A stretch of DNA of 55,540 nucleotides, taken from assembly GCA_038327205.1 (NCBI GenBank), contig JBBQKT010000001.1, forward strand, positions 1-55,540, in the 5' to 3' direction. Shown in pieces: positions 10,055 to 20,615 of the stretch (positions within the stretch are counted from its first letter, which is position 1; every line of letters starts with the position of its first letter). The position numbers and the translations under genes were made by a program. The DNA comes from Burkholderiales bacterium (GTDB lineage: Bacteria; Pseudomonadota; Gammaproteobacteria; Burkholderiales; Burkholderiaceae_C). The notes below the pieces were generated by a model that did not search any database, was not told the DNA's origin, and saw nothing but the letters and a program-made list of their open reading frames with translations.

Positions 10055-10456
10055 CTAGGCGTAGTGCGGCTGCTGACCTGTTTGTGAAAGCAGGGAGGTC
10101 CACTGACCATCGATGCGCGCCCACACCGCATGCGGCGCCCGTTTCTTCTGGGGATGCGAAAAACTCAAACGGGCCATGAAACCGTGCACCGCCGTGAGCA
10201 AGGCCTGGAACGTGGGTCGGTCCCCGGTGCAATGGCTGCGCGGAATCACCAGCCCTACGTACTCGGCTTTATCTTCGAAATGCATCCGCAGGTTCACCAC
10301 GATCGCCAGATGGGTGCTCATGCACAACTCGACCTTCAAGATTTCTTCCGCCGCCATCAAATTGCCGGTGGCACCGGGGGGCACGGGGAGGGCGGAAGGG
10401 GTGCCGAGATGAGCGGGGATCGGTCTGGAAATGGGCATCGGAGATTCGGTTCTCAT
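10055..10456 (-). CDS. hypothetical protein divergent from imuA
   Basis: ATG 10456 within the 228-aa track ORF; globular-looking C-terminal part. Confidence 0.5.
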   Translation of the reverse strand: MRTESPMPISRPIPAHLGTPSALPVPPGATGNLMAAEEILKVELCMSTHLAIVVNLRMHFEDKAEYVGLVIPRSHCTGDRPTFQALLTAVHGFMARLSFSHPQKKRAPHAVWARIDGQWTSLLSQTGQQPHYA

Positions 10457-10636
10457 GGAGAGATTTTCTGTTTTCAGCCCAGTGCGGCATGTCGTCTTTC
10501 CCAGACTCGCCTTGTAGGACACCGCCTGATGAGCGCTGAAAGGCTCACGCTGCAGGCAGGCTGATCGCGACGGTGGGGCGACGACTGTGAAGTGACATCC
10601 GTCTCGAATGCACTGGACACGGAACTTGAATGAATA

Positions 10637-10656
10637 TACTGTATGGGCATACAGTA
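10637..10656. promoter_or_regulatory. LexA (SOS) box
   Basis: TACTGTATG-GG-CATACAGTA, palindromic CTGT-N8-ACAG directly upstream of imuA. Confidence 0.92.
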
Positions 10657-10683
10657 ATCGATCTTGAACCTGCTCATCCCGCC

Positions 10684-11547
10684 ATGCACACCCTCGCGCT
10701 CTGGGACGCGGCACTTCCGCCGCCGCCCAGCCCACCGTCACCTTTGCAAAACGCAGCCATGCCCGCGCTGCGACAGCTGCCTGCGGACCTCGCCAGTTCC
10801 ATCTGGCGGGCGGATGAGCTCGGGCAGTCCACCTCGGCGGTGGTTTCCAGCGGTTTCCCGGCCCTGGATGCCGAGTTGCCGGGCGGCGGCTGGCCCTGCG
10901 GCTGCTTGACTGAAGTTCTGCAGGCCCAGCCTTCGCTGCTCGAATGGCGCTTGATCGGCCCGGCCCTGCGTGCCATCGTCGCCGCCGGTCAAACGATCAT
11001 CGTCGTTGGCCCGCCCAAGCACCCGCATCTGCCAGGTCTGGCCCATCTGGGCATCGACGAGTCGCACCTGGTGTGGATTCAGGCCAAAGCTCCGTCGGAA
11101 CGCTTGTGGTGCACCGAGCAACTGGTCAAGGCCAACGCCGCCGGCGCGCTGATCACCTGGCTGCCGCAGGCCCGCCCTGAACAGCTGCGCCGCTTGCAGG
11201 TTCTGGCGCAGTCCTGCGACGGCCCGGTGTTCGTCTGCCGGCCGACTGTCGCCCAGCACGACCCGTCGCCGGCCCCGCTGCGGGTTGCTGCCAGCATCGA
11301 TCTCGACTGGCAGCTCCGGCTTCAGATCATCAAACGCAAGGGCCCGGCCCTTGAGGGCAGCCTGCTGCTGCCCTCCATCCCCGGCGGGCTCCATCATGTG
11401 CTCACACCTCGTGTGATGCGGCCCAGCCAGTTCGTCCGTTCCAAAGAAGTTATTCACCATGCTCTGGGCAGCCCTGCGCCTCAACCCGACCTCATCGCCG
11501 TCCTCCCCAGCCACGCCCTCCAAAGCGCCGCCCTGCGTCCCGCCTGA
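10684..11547 (+). CDS. imuA: translesion synthesis-associated protein ImuA
   Basis: SSGFPALDAELPGGGWP, LRRLQVLA, SPAPLR motifs; start 10684 or 10759. Confidence 0.9.
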   Translation: MHTLALWDAALPPPPSPPSPLQNAAMPALRQLPADLASSIWRADELGQSTSAVVSSGFPALDAELPGGGWPCGCLTEVLQAQPSLLEWRLIGPALRAIVAAGQTIIVVGPPKHPHLPGLAHLGIDESHLVWIQAKAPSERLWCTEQLVKANAAGALITWLPQARPEQLRRLQVLAQSCDGPVFVCRPTVAQHDPSPAPLRVAASIDLDWQLRLQIIKRKGPALEGSLLLPSIPGGLHHVLTPRVMRPSQFVRSKEVIHHALGSPAPQPDLIAVLPSHALQSAALRPA

Positions 11548-12811
11548 GGCGCTGGCCGGCGTCGCCGTCTGGTGCCTGCAGTTCACGCCCCGCGTGACGA
11601 CGCTGGAGGGCGAGGCGGTGCTGATGGAGGTGGCGGCCAGCCTGCGCCTGTTCCACGGCTTGGAAGCGTTGCAGGAGCGGATCAGCGATGAAGCGCCCGA
11701 CCTGGGCGTCGCATCGATCGCCTGGGCACCGACGGCCTCTGCTGCGCTTGTGATGGCGCGCTGCGGCATCTTCGATCTCGGTGATCACACGCTGCAGCGG
11801 GTACTGGATCCCTTGCCCTTGTTGGCGCTGTCCGCCGCCGCCCTGCATCAGGAGACGCTGACCCGGGCTGGCATCAACACCTTGGGCGAACTGCGCCAGT
11901 TGCCGCGCGGTCACTTGGGCCGGCGCTTCGACGCCGCGCTGCTGAACGGGCTCGATCAGACCTATGGCCTGCGGCCTGAAGCGCATCAGTGGGAAGTGCT
12001 GCCGGAAACCTTCAGCACCCGTGTCGAGTTGATGGCCCGCGAAGAACACAGCCCGGCGCTGCTGATGTTCGCGCGCCCGCTGCTGATGCAGATGTGCGGC
12101 TGGCTCGCTGCCCGTCATGCGGGTGCCTCGGCCTTCACCTTGTTCTGGGCACACGATGCGATGCGGTCCAAAGACGCCGGGCTGGGCGGCGAGCTGACCA
12201 TCCGTACGGCCGAGCCCATCCGCGATCTCGAGCATTTCGTGCGTCTGCTGGCCGAGCACCTGGCCAAGACCAGCTTGCTCGCGCCGGTCGGCGAACTGCG
12301 CCTGGAAGCGCTGGGGGTGGCAGCGCTCAAAGAAGAAACGGCATCGTTGCTGCCGGAGACAGTGCGCGCCGGAGAGTCGCTCTACCTGGTCCTAGAACGC
12401 ATCGCAGCCCGGATCGGGCCAGAGAACGTGATGCAGCCGGCCGCCGGCGACGACCATCGCCCGGAATGGTCGACCCGTTGGCTGTCCGCAGCGAAGCGTC
12501 GTGCGTGCAAGCCTGAGGCGGCGCAGCAGCTCCCACATCCGACCTTTCTGCTGGAAGCGCCGCTGAAGCTCGCCGTGCGCGACCACCGGCCGCATTACCA
12601 AGGCCCACTCGAACTGCTGATCGGCCCGGACCGTGTCGAAGGCGGTTGGTGGGACCGGGTGAGCGGTGCTGATTTCGCGCATCAAGGCACCCGCAACGTG
12701 GCGCGTGACTACTGGGTCGCGGTGAACGAGAGTGCCGGGGTGTTGTCGATCTTCCAGTCGCGGCTGGATGACGGCGAAATCGCTTGGTATCTGCACGGGG
12801 TGTTCGCCTAA
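11459..12811 (+). CDS. imuB: Y-family polymerase-like ImuB
   Basis: QFTPRV, EVAASLRLF, GPDRVEGGWW..RDYW, WYLHGVFA C-terminus. Confidence 0.92.
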   Translation: MLWAALRLNPTSSPSSPATPSKAPPCVPPEALAGVAVWCLQFTPRVTTLEGEAVLMEVAASLRLFHGLEALQERISDEAPDLGVASIAWAPTASAALVMARCGIFDLGDHTLQRVLDPLPLLALSAAALHQETLTRAGINTLGELRQLPRGHLGRRFDAALLNGLDQTYGLRPEAHQWEVLPETFSTRVELMAREEHSPALLMFARPLLMQMCGWLAARHAGASAFTLFWAHDAMRSKDAGLGGELTIRTAEPIRDLEHFVRLLAEHLAKTSLLAPVGELRLEALGVAALKEETASLLPETVRAGESLYLVLERIAARIGPENVMQPAAGDDHRPEWSTRWLSAAKRRACKPEAAQQLPHPTFLLEAPLKLAVRDHRPHYQGPLELLIGPDRVEGGWWDRVSGADFAHQGTRNVARDYWVAVNESAGVLSIFQSRLDDGEIAWYLHGVFA

Positions 12812-12834
12812 GTTTTGCTTCAGGCGGATGGATC

Positions 12835-15800
12835 ATGGCTGTCATTCCTCCTTATGCTGAGCTGCGTTGCCTGAGCAACTTCAGCTTTTTGAAGGGCGCG
12901 AGCCGGCCTGAGGAACTGGTTGAGCGGGCCAAGCAGCTGGGCTATTCCGCCATCGCGGTGACCGACGAATGCAGCATGGCCGGCATCGTGCGGGCCCATG
13001 TGGCGGCCAAGGAGCACAGCATCACCTTGCTGGTGGGCAGCCAGTTCCAGGTCGAGTGCGCCTTCCCGTTCGTGCTGGTGGTCTACGCCTGCAATCTGAA
13101 TGGCTACGGCAACCTGTGCCAGTTCATCACCGGGTTGCGGCGCAGCTCACCCAAAGGCACTTACCACCTCGACCTTGATGCCCTGCAGGCGGCCAACCTG
13201 ATCGACTGCGTGGTGATGGCCTGCCCCGAGCGACACGCCACGCCCGAGCAGCTGCTGCAACTCGCGCGCTGGCTGCTGACCCACTTCATTGGGCGCTGCT
13301 GGCTCGGCATCGACCTGCTGCGCCGCAGCGATGACGAGATCCGTTTGCTGCGCCTGCGTGAGGTCAGCGCGCTGACCGAGATCCCGCTGGTCGCGTCGGG
13401 CGATGTCTACATGCATGTGCGCAGCCGCAAGCCCTTGCAGGACGTGCTGACGGCCACGCGGCTGGGCAAGCCGCTGACCGCCTGCGGCCGGGCGCTGGAG
13501 GTCAACGCCGAGCGCCATCTGCGCACGCGTGGCCGGCTGGCGCGCACCTTCCCTGAAGCGCTGATGCACGAGACCTTGAAGGTCGTCGCGCGCTGCGCGT
13601 TCAGCCTGGACGAGCTGCGCTATCACTACCCCAGCGAGGTAGTGCCGGATGGGGAGACGCCATCGAGCTATTTGCGGCGCATCACCTACGAAGGGGCGGG
13701 ACGGCGCTGGCCGGACGGCATCCCCGCCAAGGTGTCGAACCAGATCGAGCATGAGCTTGAGCTGATCGCGGAGATGAAGTACGAGCATTACTTTTTGACC
13801 GTCGCCGACATCGTCCAATTCGCCCGCTCGCGCCACATCCTCTGCCAGGGGCGCGGCAGCGCGGCCAACTCGGTCGTCTGCTACTGCACCGGCGTGACCG
13901 AGGTTGACCCGGCGCGCATGAGCGTGCTGTTCGAGCGCTTCATCAGCAAGGAGCGGGCCGAGCCGCCCGATATCGACATCGACTTTGAGCACGAACGGCG
14001 CGAAGAAGTCATCCAGTACCTCTACAACAAGTACACCCGCGAGCGTGCGGCCTTGACCGCCGTCGTCATCTCCTACCGGGTGCGCAGCGCCCTGCGTGAT
14101 GTGGGCAAGGCGCTGGGCTTTGATGAGGCGGCGATTGCCCCGGCGGCGAAAAACCACAAATGGTTTGACGGCATGGAGGTCGATGCAGAGCGCCTGAAGG
14201 AGGTCGGGCTCGACATCACCGATCTGGCGGTGCAGCAACTGCTGGCGCTGACCCGGCAGCTATTGGGTTTCCCCCGGCATCTGTCGCAGCATCCGGGCGG
14301 CTTTGTGCTGACCCAGGGGCCGCTGAGCCGGGTGGTGCCGATCGAGAACGCCTCCATGCCCGACCGCACCATCGTGCAGTGGGACAAGGACGATCTCGAC
14401 GCGATCGGGCTGCTCAAGGTCGATGTACTGGGCCTGGGCATGTTGACGGCGATCCGCAAGGCGCTGAACCTGGTGAGCCAGCAGGTGGGCTACGACTTCG
14501 GGCTGCACGACATCCCGGCAGAAGATTCAGCCACCTACGACATGATCTGCGAAGCCGACACGGTGGGCGTGTTCCAGATCGAGAGCCGGGCGCAGCGCTC
14601 GATGCTGCCGCGGCTGAAGCCGCGCTGTTTCTACGACCTGGTCATCCAGGTGGCCATCGTGCGACCGGGCCCGATCCAGGGCGACATGGTCCATCCCTAT
14701 CTGCGCCGCCGGCAGGGCAGGGAGGCGGTTGTGTATCCGAGCGAAGAGCTGCGGCTGGCGCTGGGCCGCACCCTGGGCGTGCCCCTGTTTCAGGAGCAGG
14801 TCATGCAGGTGGCGATGGTGGCCGCCGGCTACAGCGGCGGCGAAGCGGACCGGTTGCGGCGCGACATGGCAGCTTGGAAGCGCAAGGGTGGGCTGCAGAA
14901 GCATTACGCCCGCATCGTCGACGGCATGACCGAGCGGGGCTACGAGCAGGCATTTGCCGAGGCGATCTTCAACCAGATCAAGGGCTTCAGCGAATACGGG
15001 TTCCCGGAATCGCATGCGGCGTCGTTTGCGCTGCTGGTCTATGCCTCATGCTGGCTCAAGAAGCACCACCCGATCGAGTTCGTCGCCGCAATGATCAACT
15101 CGTTTCCGCTGGGCTTTTACTCGCCCAGCCAGCTGGTGCAGGATGCCAAGCGCCACGGTGTTGTCGTGCTGCCGCCGGACGTGATGTTCAGCGATGACGA
15201 CTGCACGCTGGAGCCGGCCGGCGGCGTGACCGCCGTGCGGCTGGGGCTGCGGCTGGTGAAGGGGCTGAAGAGCGAATCGGCCGAAGCCATCATGCAGGCA
15301 CGGGCCGAGCAGGTGTTCGACGACGCGGAGGACCTGGCTCGCCGCACCGGCCTCAATCAGCAGCAGATGACGATGCTGGCCTCGGGCGATGCGCTGGCCA
15401 GCCTCAGCGGGCATCGACGGCAGCAGATGTGGGATGCGGCGGCCCAGCGGGCAACCCCGCCCTTGCTGCGCGATGCGCCGGTGCATGAAAGCGTGTTGGA
15501 GCTGCCGCAGGCCCCCGAGGGCGAAGAGATCGTTTTCGATTACGCGTCGCTGGGGCTGAGCTTGCGCCGCCATCCGCTGGCCCTGCTGCGGCCGCAGTTG
15601 ACGGCGCTCAAGTTGTCGAGCGCGGCGGAGCTGCATGCGATGCGCAACGGGCGGGTGGTGCGCGGCTGCGGGATCGTGACGATCCGGCAGCAACCTGAGA
15701 CTGCGAAGGGGACGGTGTTCATCTCGTTGGAGGATGAAACCGGCGACATCCAGATCATCGTGCGCAAGGAGATCTGGCAGCGTCAGCGGCAGGACATGCT

Positions 15801-15933
15801 GCAGGCCAAGCTGCTGGCGGTGCGGGGCATCTGGCAATCCCAGGACGGGGTGCACAACCTGATCGCGGGGTTTTTGGAGGATCTGACACCGCTGCTGGGA
15901 AGGCTCCGCACAGGGAGCCGGGACTTCCATTGA
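12835..15933 (+). CDS. dnaE2: error-prone DNA polymerase DnaE2 (ImuC)
   Basis: YAELRCLSNFSFL PHP start, GRGSAANS, PPDIDIDFEH, YGFPESHA, C-terminal SRDFH. Confidence 0.97.
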   Translation: MAVIPPYAELRCLSNFSFLKGASRPEELVERAKQLGYSAIAVTDECSMAGIVRAHVAAKEHSITLLVGSQFQVECAFPFVLVVYACNLNGYGNLCQFITGLRRSSPKGTYHLDLDALQAANLIDCVVMACPERHATPEQLLQLARWLLTHFIGRCWLGIDLLRRSDDEIRLLRLREVSALTEIPLVASGDVYMHVRSRKPLQDVLTATRLGKPLTACGRALEVNAERHLRTRGRLARTFPEALMHETLKVVARCAFSLDELRYHYPSEVVPDGETPSSYLRRITYEGAGRRWPDGIPAKVSNQIEHELELIAEMKYEHYFLTVADIVQFARSRHILCQGRGSAANSVVCYCTGVTEVDPARMSVLFERFISKERAEPPDIDIDFEHERREEVIQYLYNKYTRERAALTAVVISYRVRSALRDVGKALGFDEAAIAPAAKNHKWFDGMEVDAERLKEVGLDITDLAVQQLLALTRQLLGFPRHLSQHPGGFVLTQGPLSRVVPIENASMPDRTIVQWDKDDLDAIGLLKVDVLGLGMLTAIRKALNLVSQQVGYDFGLHDIPAEDSATYDMICEADTVGVFQIESRAQRSMLPRLKPRCFYDLVIQVAIVRPGPIQGDMVHPYLRRRQGREAVVYPSEELRLALGRTLGVPLFQEQVMQVAMVAAGYSGGEADRLRRDMAAWKRKGGLQKHYARIVDGMTERGYEQAFAEAIFNQIKGFSEYGFPESHAASFALLVYASCWLKKHHPIEFVAAMINSFPLGFYSPSQLVQDAKRHGVVVLPPDVMFSDDDCTLEPAGGVTAVRLGLRLVKGLKSESAEAIMQARAEQVFDDAEDLARRTGLNQQQMTMLASGDALASLSGHRRQQMWDAAAQRATPPLLRDAPVHESVLELPQAPEGEEIVFDYASLGLSLRRHPLALLRPQLTALKLSSAAELHAMRNGRVVRGCGIVTIRQQPETAKGTVFISLEDETGDIQIIVRKEIWQRQRQDMLQAKLLAVRGIWQSQDGVHNLIAGFLEDLTPLLGRLRTGSRDFH

Positions 15934-16630
15934 TCAGGCAGGCTCTGCGCCTTGCATGGGCAAAAAAATGCCCAGGAGCCTCACGGCTGCTGGGCGAATT
16001 CTCAGGTGCGTTGGGGAGGAAAGAATGTGCCACCCGAGAGGTATCCAATTTAGCGGGTCCGCCTAACAAAGCGGTGTAGGACATCGCCGTGATCGCAGAA
16101 AAATTGGCGGGATCCCAACGAAAAATCGGCTCAGCGTCGCACGCTCCACAGGGGCTTCACCACGGTGCTGGTGCACATCAGCGCCGCTGCGGCGCCCATG
16201 GCCAGGGGCAACCCTGCTGGTGGCAGGACGGCAAGAACCGCCTGTCTGCGGTGCTGCCGCGCGATGAGTTCGAACGTCTGGTCAGCCTTGGCGTCATCCG
16301 CAACGATCCGGTGCCCTGAATTTGGCGATCAGAGTCGGACTGCAGGGCTGCCGACCGTTTTAGAGTGAGGTGAAGTCCCAGCCCGGCTTTGCTTCGGACA
16401 CTGTGCGGGCACTGCGTTCCGCCATGGATGCCGTCGTATCGCCACCGACGGCCTTGCTCATGCCGATCGAGATGCTGACGCGCCAGCTTGGTCGTTCGGG
16501 CCAAGCAGCATCGACACATGGGCCAGCGTGACAGGTACGCTGGCCTCCCGTCGATGCCCCCTTCGGCCGAGTCTCCCAATCGGGCATCAATGAAAAATGT
16601 GCTTGGCGCGTATGGACTGGCTTGAGCAAC

Positions 16631-18946
16631 TTACATCGGGTCGTGTCGCATCACCTTGTCAGGCGTGTACGGCAGGCTGCGCAACCGTGTGCCCGTGGCA
16701 TGGAAGATCGCATTGCAAACGGCTGCAGCGACGCCAACTAGACCAATCTCGCCCACGCCCTTGGCACTCAGGCGGCTGACGACCCGATCATCCTCATCGA
16801 CAAAGATCACGTCGATCGCATGGATGTCGGCGTTGACGGGGATGTGGTACTCAGACAGGTTGTGATTCATGAAGCGGCCAAGCCCATGGTCGGCCTTGGT
16901 GTCTTCATGCAGGGCCTGCCCGATGCCCCAGACCACTGAGCCGACGATCTGGCTGCGCGCGGTTTTGGCACTGATGATGCGACCGGCCGCAACAGCGCTG
17001 ACCACCCGCGTGACACGGACGATGCCGAGCTCTTCATCAACCTTCACTTCCACGAACACGGCCGAGTGGGTGGCGCGGGTGTAGCTGCGCTGCTTGAGCA
17101 GGTTGGGCAGCAGGAGGTGCTTCACTTCGATCTGATTCTGACCGGCCGCCCGCATCAAATCGCCCAGGCCGATGCGGTGGTCTTCTCCCCCTTCGAACGG
17201 GTAGACCAAGTGGCCGGATTCAAAGACGACTTCTGCCAGCGTCGCGCATTCGAACGGCGAGTCGTCCATCGCCTGCGCAAGCTTGAGCAAGCTCTTCTTC
17301 AGCTTCTCGCAGGCCGCATCCACGGCCGAGCCCACCGAACTGACCGTCCAGGAACCGCCCTCCAGCGGGGCGGTAGGCAGGCTGGAATCACCGAGCACAA
17401 AGGTCACCGCTTCGAGCGGCAGGCCCAGCGAGGCCGCGCCGATCAGACTCATCGCCGTGTAGGTGCCGGTGCCGATGTCGGAGGTGGCGCTGCTGAGCAC
17501 CAGCGAGCCATCCGCGTGCAGTACGGCGCGCACATTGGCGTAGGCCTGCATGGCGTCCCAGACGCCGGTGGCCATGCCCCAGCCGACCAGTTCACGGCCC
17601 TCGCGCATTGAGCGGGGCTGCATGGCCCGCCGCTCCCAGCCGAAGCGGGCAGCGCCCTGCTCGTAGCAGGCACGCAACTCCTTGCTGGAAAACGGCTTGT
17701 CGGCGTTGGCATCCCGCTCGGCATAGTTCTTAAGACGCAGCGCCAGCGGGTCCATGCCAAGCTGGTAGGACAGCTCATCCATCGCCACTTCGATCGCGTG
17801 CACGCCGTGGGCTGCGCCGGGCGCCCGCATGTCCAGCGGGGTGTACTGGTCGAGCGCCACCAACCGGTACTTGAAGCGGACGTTCTCGCACGCATAGAGC
17901 TGGCCCGACCAGTTGACCGTGACCTCCACATAGTCCTCAACGCGCGAGGTTTCGGCGATCGCCACATGCACCAGCGCGCGGAGGCGGCCGTCGGCGTCAG
18001 CGGCGAGCTTGACGCGCTGCCAGGTCTCGGGTCGATGGCCAAAGCTGAACATCTGCTGGCGGGTCAATACCAGCTGCAACGAGCGTTGCGTCAGCTGCGC
18101 ACCCATGACGCACAGCAGGGTCTGGTACTGGGGCCGCAAGCCCGAGCCGAAGGCGCCGCCGATGAAGGGGTTGCGCACCGTCACCTCGTCGGTGGACAGC
18201 CCCAGCGCGTGGCGGATCAGCAGCGCGCTGTTCTCCGAGCTTTGCGTCTTGTCGTAGACGGTGAGGTGGCCGTCGTCGCCGATCAGCGTGACCGTGGCAT
18301 GCATCTCCATCGGGTTGTGGTGCTGGACCCCCGCGTAATACTCGGCGTCGACCTGAAAGGCGGCCGCCTCGAAGGCGGCATCGGCATCACCCCGAGCGTC
18401 CGGCGGGGGTGAGAAGCCGGCCTTGAAGCCCTTGGGCGCATGGGCCTCACCGAGCTTGTCCAACAAACAGGTTTCGTGGGCTTCGCTGTCGTAGGCGATC
18501 TCGACCAAGCGCGCGGCATAGCGCGCCTGCTCGAAGGTCTCGGCAATCACCAGGGCGACCGGCTGGCCGCTGTAATAGATACGCTCGTCGTGCAGCGGCC
18601 TGAAAGGCTTGCCGCCGGGCGAATCCATGTCCTTGTGGAACACCCGCATCGACCGCATGGTCGGGCGGTTTTCATGCGTCATTACCGCCAGCACGCCGGG
18701 CACGGCCAGGGCGGCGGCAGTGTCGATGTGGGCGATGCGGCCGCGGGCCACAGTGCCGGACACCACCACGCCAAAGGCCATGCCGGGGGCCGAGTGTTCG
18801 GCAATGTAGCGGGCTTGGCCGGTCACCTTGGCCAGGGCGTCCACGCGAAGGACGGGCGCGCCGATCTGAGGTCTGGCGATCGGCTGCGAGCTTACCGACG
18901 TGCCATCGACCGTGGCCTGCACGCGGCTCAAAGGGGATTCATTCAT
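16631..18946 (-). CDS. xanthine dehydrogenase family molybdopterin subunit (PaoC/YagR-like), copy 1
   Basis: KVTGQARY, HNPMEMHA, GGAFGS, DIGTGTYT, AKGVGEIG. Confidence 0.95.
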   Translation of the reverse strand: MNESPLSRVQATVDGTSVSSQPIARPQIGAPVLRVDALAKVTGQARYIAEHSAPGMAFGVVVSGTVARGRIAHIDTAAALAVPGVLAVMTHENRPTMRSMRVFHKDMDSPGGKPFRPLHDERIYYSGQPVALVIAETFEQARYAARLVEIAYDSEAHETCLLDKLGEAHAPKGFKAGFSPPPDARGDADAAFEAAAFQVDAEYYAGVQHHNPMEMHATVTLIGDDGHLTVYDKTQSSENSALLIRHALGLSTDEVTVRNPFIGGAFGSGLRPQYQTLLCVMGAQLTQRSLQLVLTRQQMFSFGHRPETWQRVKLAADADGRLRALVHVAIAETSRVEDYVEVTVNWSGQLYACENVRFKYRLVALDQYTPLDMRAPGAAHGVHAIEVAMDELSYQLGMDPLALRLKNYAERDANADKPFSSKELRACYEQGAARFGWERRAMQPRSMREGRELVGWGMATGVWDAMQAYANVRAVLHADGSLVLSSATSDIGTGTYTAMSLIGAASLGLPLEAVTFVLGDSSLPTAPLEGGSWTVSSVGSAVDAACEKLKKSLLKLAQAMDDSPFECATLAEVVFESGHLVYPFEGGEDHRIGLGDLMRAAGQNQIEVKHLLLPNLLKQRSYTRATHSAVFVEVKVDEELGIVRVTRVVSAVAAGRIISAKTARSQIVGSVVWGIGQALHEDTKADHGLGRFMNHNLSEYHIPVNADIHAIDVIFVDEDDRVVSRLSAKGVGEIGLVGVAAAVCNAIFHATGTRLRSLPYTPDKVMRHDPM

Positions 18947-19965
18947 GTCATGCCTTCTGCGGCTGCACGCTGGTCTGCCGGCATGCCCAAGGCCATTTCA
19001 AGCGCGCGCACGATAGCGAGCCGCGCCAGCGGAATCTTGAAGTCGTTCTGGCCCTGGCCCACCGCCTGTTCCATCACCGTTTGGGCGAGTTCGGAAAACA
19101 CAGCACTGCAAGCCGGTCGACCGACCGACGCCTGTTCCGCCGCACGGTCCCGCCAGGGTTTGTGGGCAACACCGCCGAGCGCCACGCGCACATCTCGCAG
19201 GTGCCCGTTTTCGTCCAGATCCAGCGCCGCCGCCACCGACACCAAGGCAAAGGCATAGGACTGCCGATCACGCAGCTTCAGGTAGGCCGAGTGGGCCGCG
19301 AAGCCCTCGGCGGGCAGTTCGATCCCGGTGATCAACTCGCCCACCGCGAGGGTGTTGTCCAGATCGGGCCGATCGCCGGGAAGGCGGTGGAAATCCTGCA
19401 TGGCAGTCGTCCGCTCGCCCCGGCTGCCGCTCACATGCACCTGGGCATCCAGCGCTGCCAGTGCGACGCACATGTCCGAGGGATGGGTAGCGATGCAGTG
19501 CTGGCTGGTGCCCAGCACAGCGTGCAGCCGGTTGAGCCCGGTGCGGGCCGGACAGCCGCTGCCGGGTTGGCGCTTGTTGCACGGCACGCCGACGTCATAG
19601 AAGTAATAGCAGCGGGTGCGCTGCAACAGATTGCCGCCGTTGCTGGCCATATTGCGCAATTGGGGTGATGCCCCCGCCAGCAGGGTCTGCGACAGCAGCG
19701 GGTAACGCTCGCGCACGAGCGGGTGGTAGGCGGTATCGGCATTGCGGGCGAGGGCGCCCAGCAGGAGGCCGCCGTCGGCGGTGGGCTCGATTTGGTCGAG
19801 CGGCATCCGGCTGATGTCGACCAACTTGACGGGCCGCATCACGTCTTCCTTCATCAGGTCGAGCAGGTTGGTGCCGCCTGCGATAAAGCTGACTTCCCGC
19901 ATGGCGCCGGCTTCGAGCAGCGCGTCTTCAACGGTTTCCACCGCGGTGTAGTGAAAGGGCCTCAT
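18943..19965 (-). CDS. FAD-binding subunit (PaoB/YagS-like), copy 1
   Basis: [27 protein letters not shown] 4Fe-4S insert, [12 protein letters not shown]; ATGA overlaps. Confidence 0.95.
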   Translation of the reverse strand: MRPFHYTAVETVEDALLEAGAMREVSFIAGGTNLLDLMKEDVMRPVKLVDISRMPLDQIEPTADGGLLLGALARNADTAYHPLVRERYPLLSQTLLAGASPQLRNMASNGGNLLQRTRCYYFYDVGVPCNKRQPGSGCPARTGLNRLHAVLGTSQHCIATHPSDMCVALAALDAQVHVSGSRGERTTAMQDFHRLPGDRPDLDNTLAVGELITGIELPAEGFAAHSAYLKLRDRQSYAFALVSVAAALDLDENGHLRDVRVALGGVAHKPWRDRAAEQASVGRPACSAVFSELAQTVMEQAVGQGQNDFKIPLARLAIVRALEMALGMPADQRAAAEGMT

Positions 19966-20537
19966 CGCGCTTTTGCCTCAGTGCCAGCCCCAACAACTGA
20001 CGCTGCCAAATTCGGCTGCGCCTTGGGCCCGAACATGACCGAACTCACGGCCTCAAGAATTTGCGGGTAGGCGCCGCAGCGGCAAAGATTGCCGCTCATC
20101 AGTTCGCGCACGTCATCCACCGACCGGGCCTGGCCTTCCGCGATCAGTCCTGCCGCCGAACACAGCTGGCCCGGCGTGCAATAGCCGCACTGCAGCGCGT
20201 CGCAATCGATGAAAGCCTGCTGCAAAGGATGCAGACCGTCGACCTTGGCAAGGCCCTCGACCGTGGTGACCGAGCGGCCTTCCTGCATCACCGCCAGGGT
20301 CAGGCAGGCATTGATGCGCCGGCCGTCGAGCAGCACGGTGCACGCGCCGCACTGGCCGTGGTCACAGCCCTTCTTCGTGCCGGTGAGATCGAGTGTGTTG
20401 CGTAGCAGGTCGAGCAGGGTGACCCAGGGCTCGACCTGCACCGTATGCGCCTGTCCGTTGACCGTCAGGCGCACCGGCCGTGCGGGGGGCAATCCGGCTT
20501 CTCGAGCCACTTCGAGGGGTCTGGCAAGGTCATTCAA
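19962..20537 (-). CDS. 2x[2Fe-2S] subunit (PaoA/YagT-like), copy 1, no Tat signal
   Basis: [31 protein letters not shown]. Confidence 0.95.
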   Translation of the reverse strand: MNDLARPLEVAREAGLPPARPVRLTVNGQAHTVQVEPWVTLLDLLRNTLDLTGTKKGCDHGQCGACTVLLDGRRINACLTLAVMQEGRSVTTVEGLAKVDGLHPLQQAFIDCDALQCGYCTPGQLCSAAGLIAEGQARSVDDVRELMSGNLCRCGAYPQILEAVSSVMFGPKAQPNLAASVVGAGTEAKAR

Positions 20538-20570
20538 ATGGGGCCTCCAAAGTGGTTCGTGAAGTTGTGA

Positions 20571-20605
20571 CCGGCACCGAGCGAGGGTCTGAAGCCCGGT
20601 GCCGG
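20571..20605 (-). terminator. GC-rich hairpin after the glycine-zipper gene
   Basis: CCGGCACCG...CGGTGCCGG inverted repeat; no clear U-tract. Confidence 0.4.
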
Positions 20606-20615
20606 CGATGCCCGG

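Noticed and set aside
16061-16140. GCCTAAC as the start of an integron attC site
   Set aside because: No matching GTTRRRY end or extended palindrome; no integrase in the window
16089-16368. Short ORFs after dnaE2
   Set aside because: Coding-like fragment, but no supportable start or family
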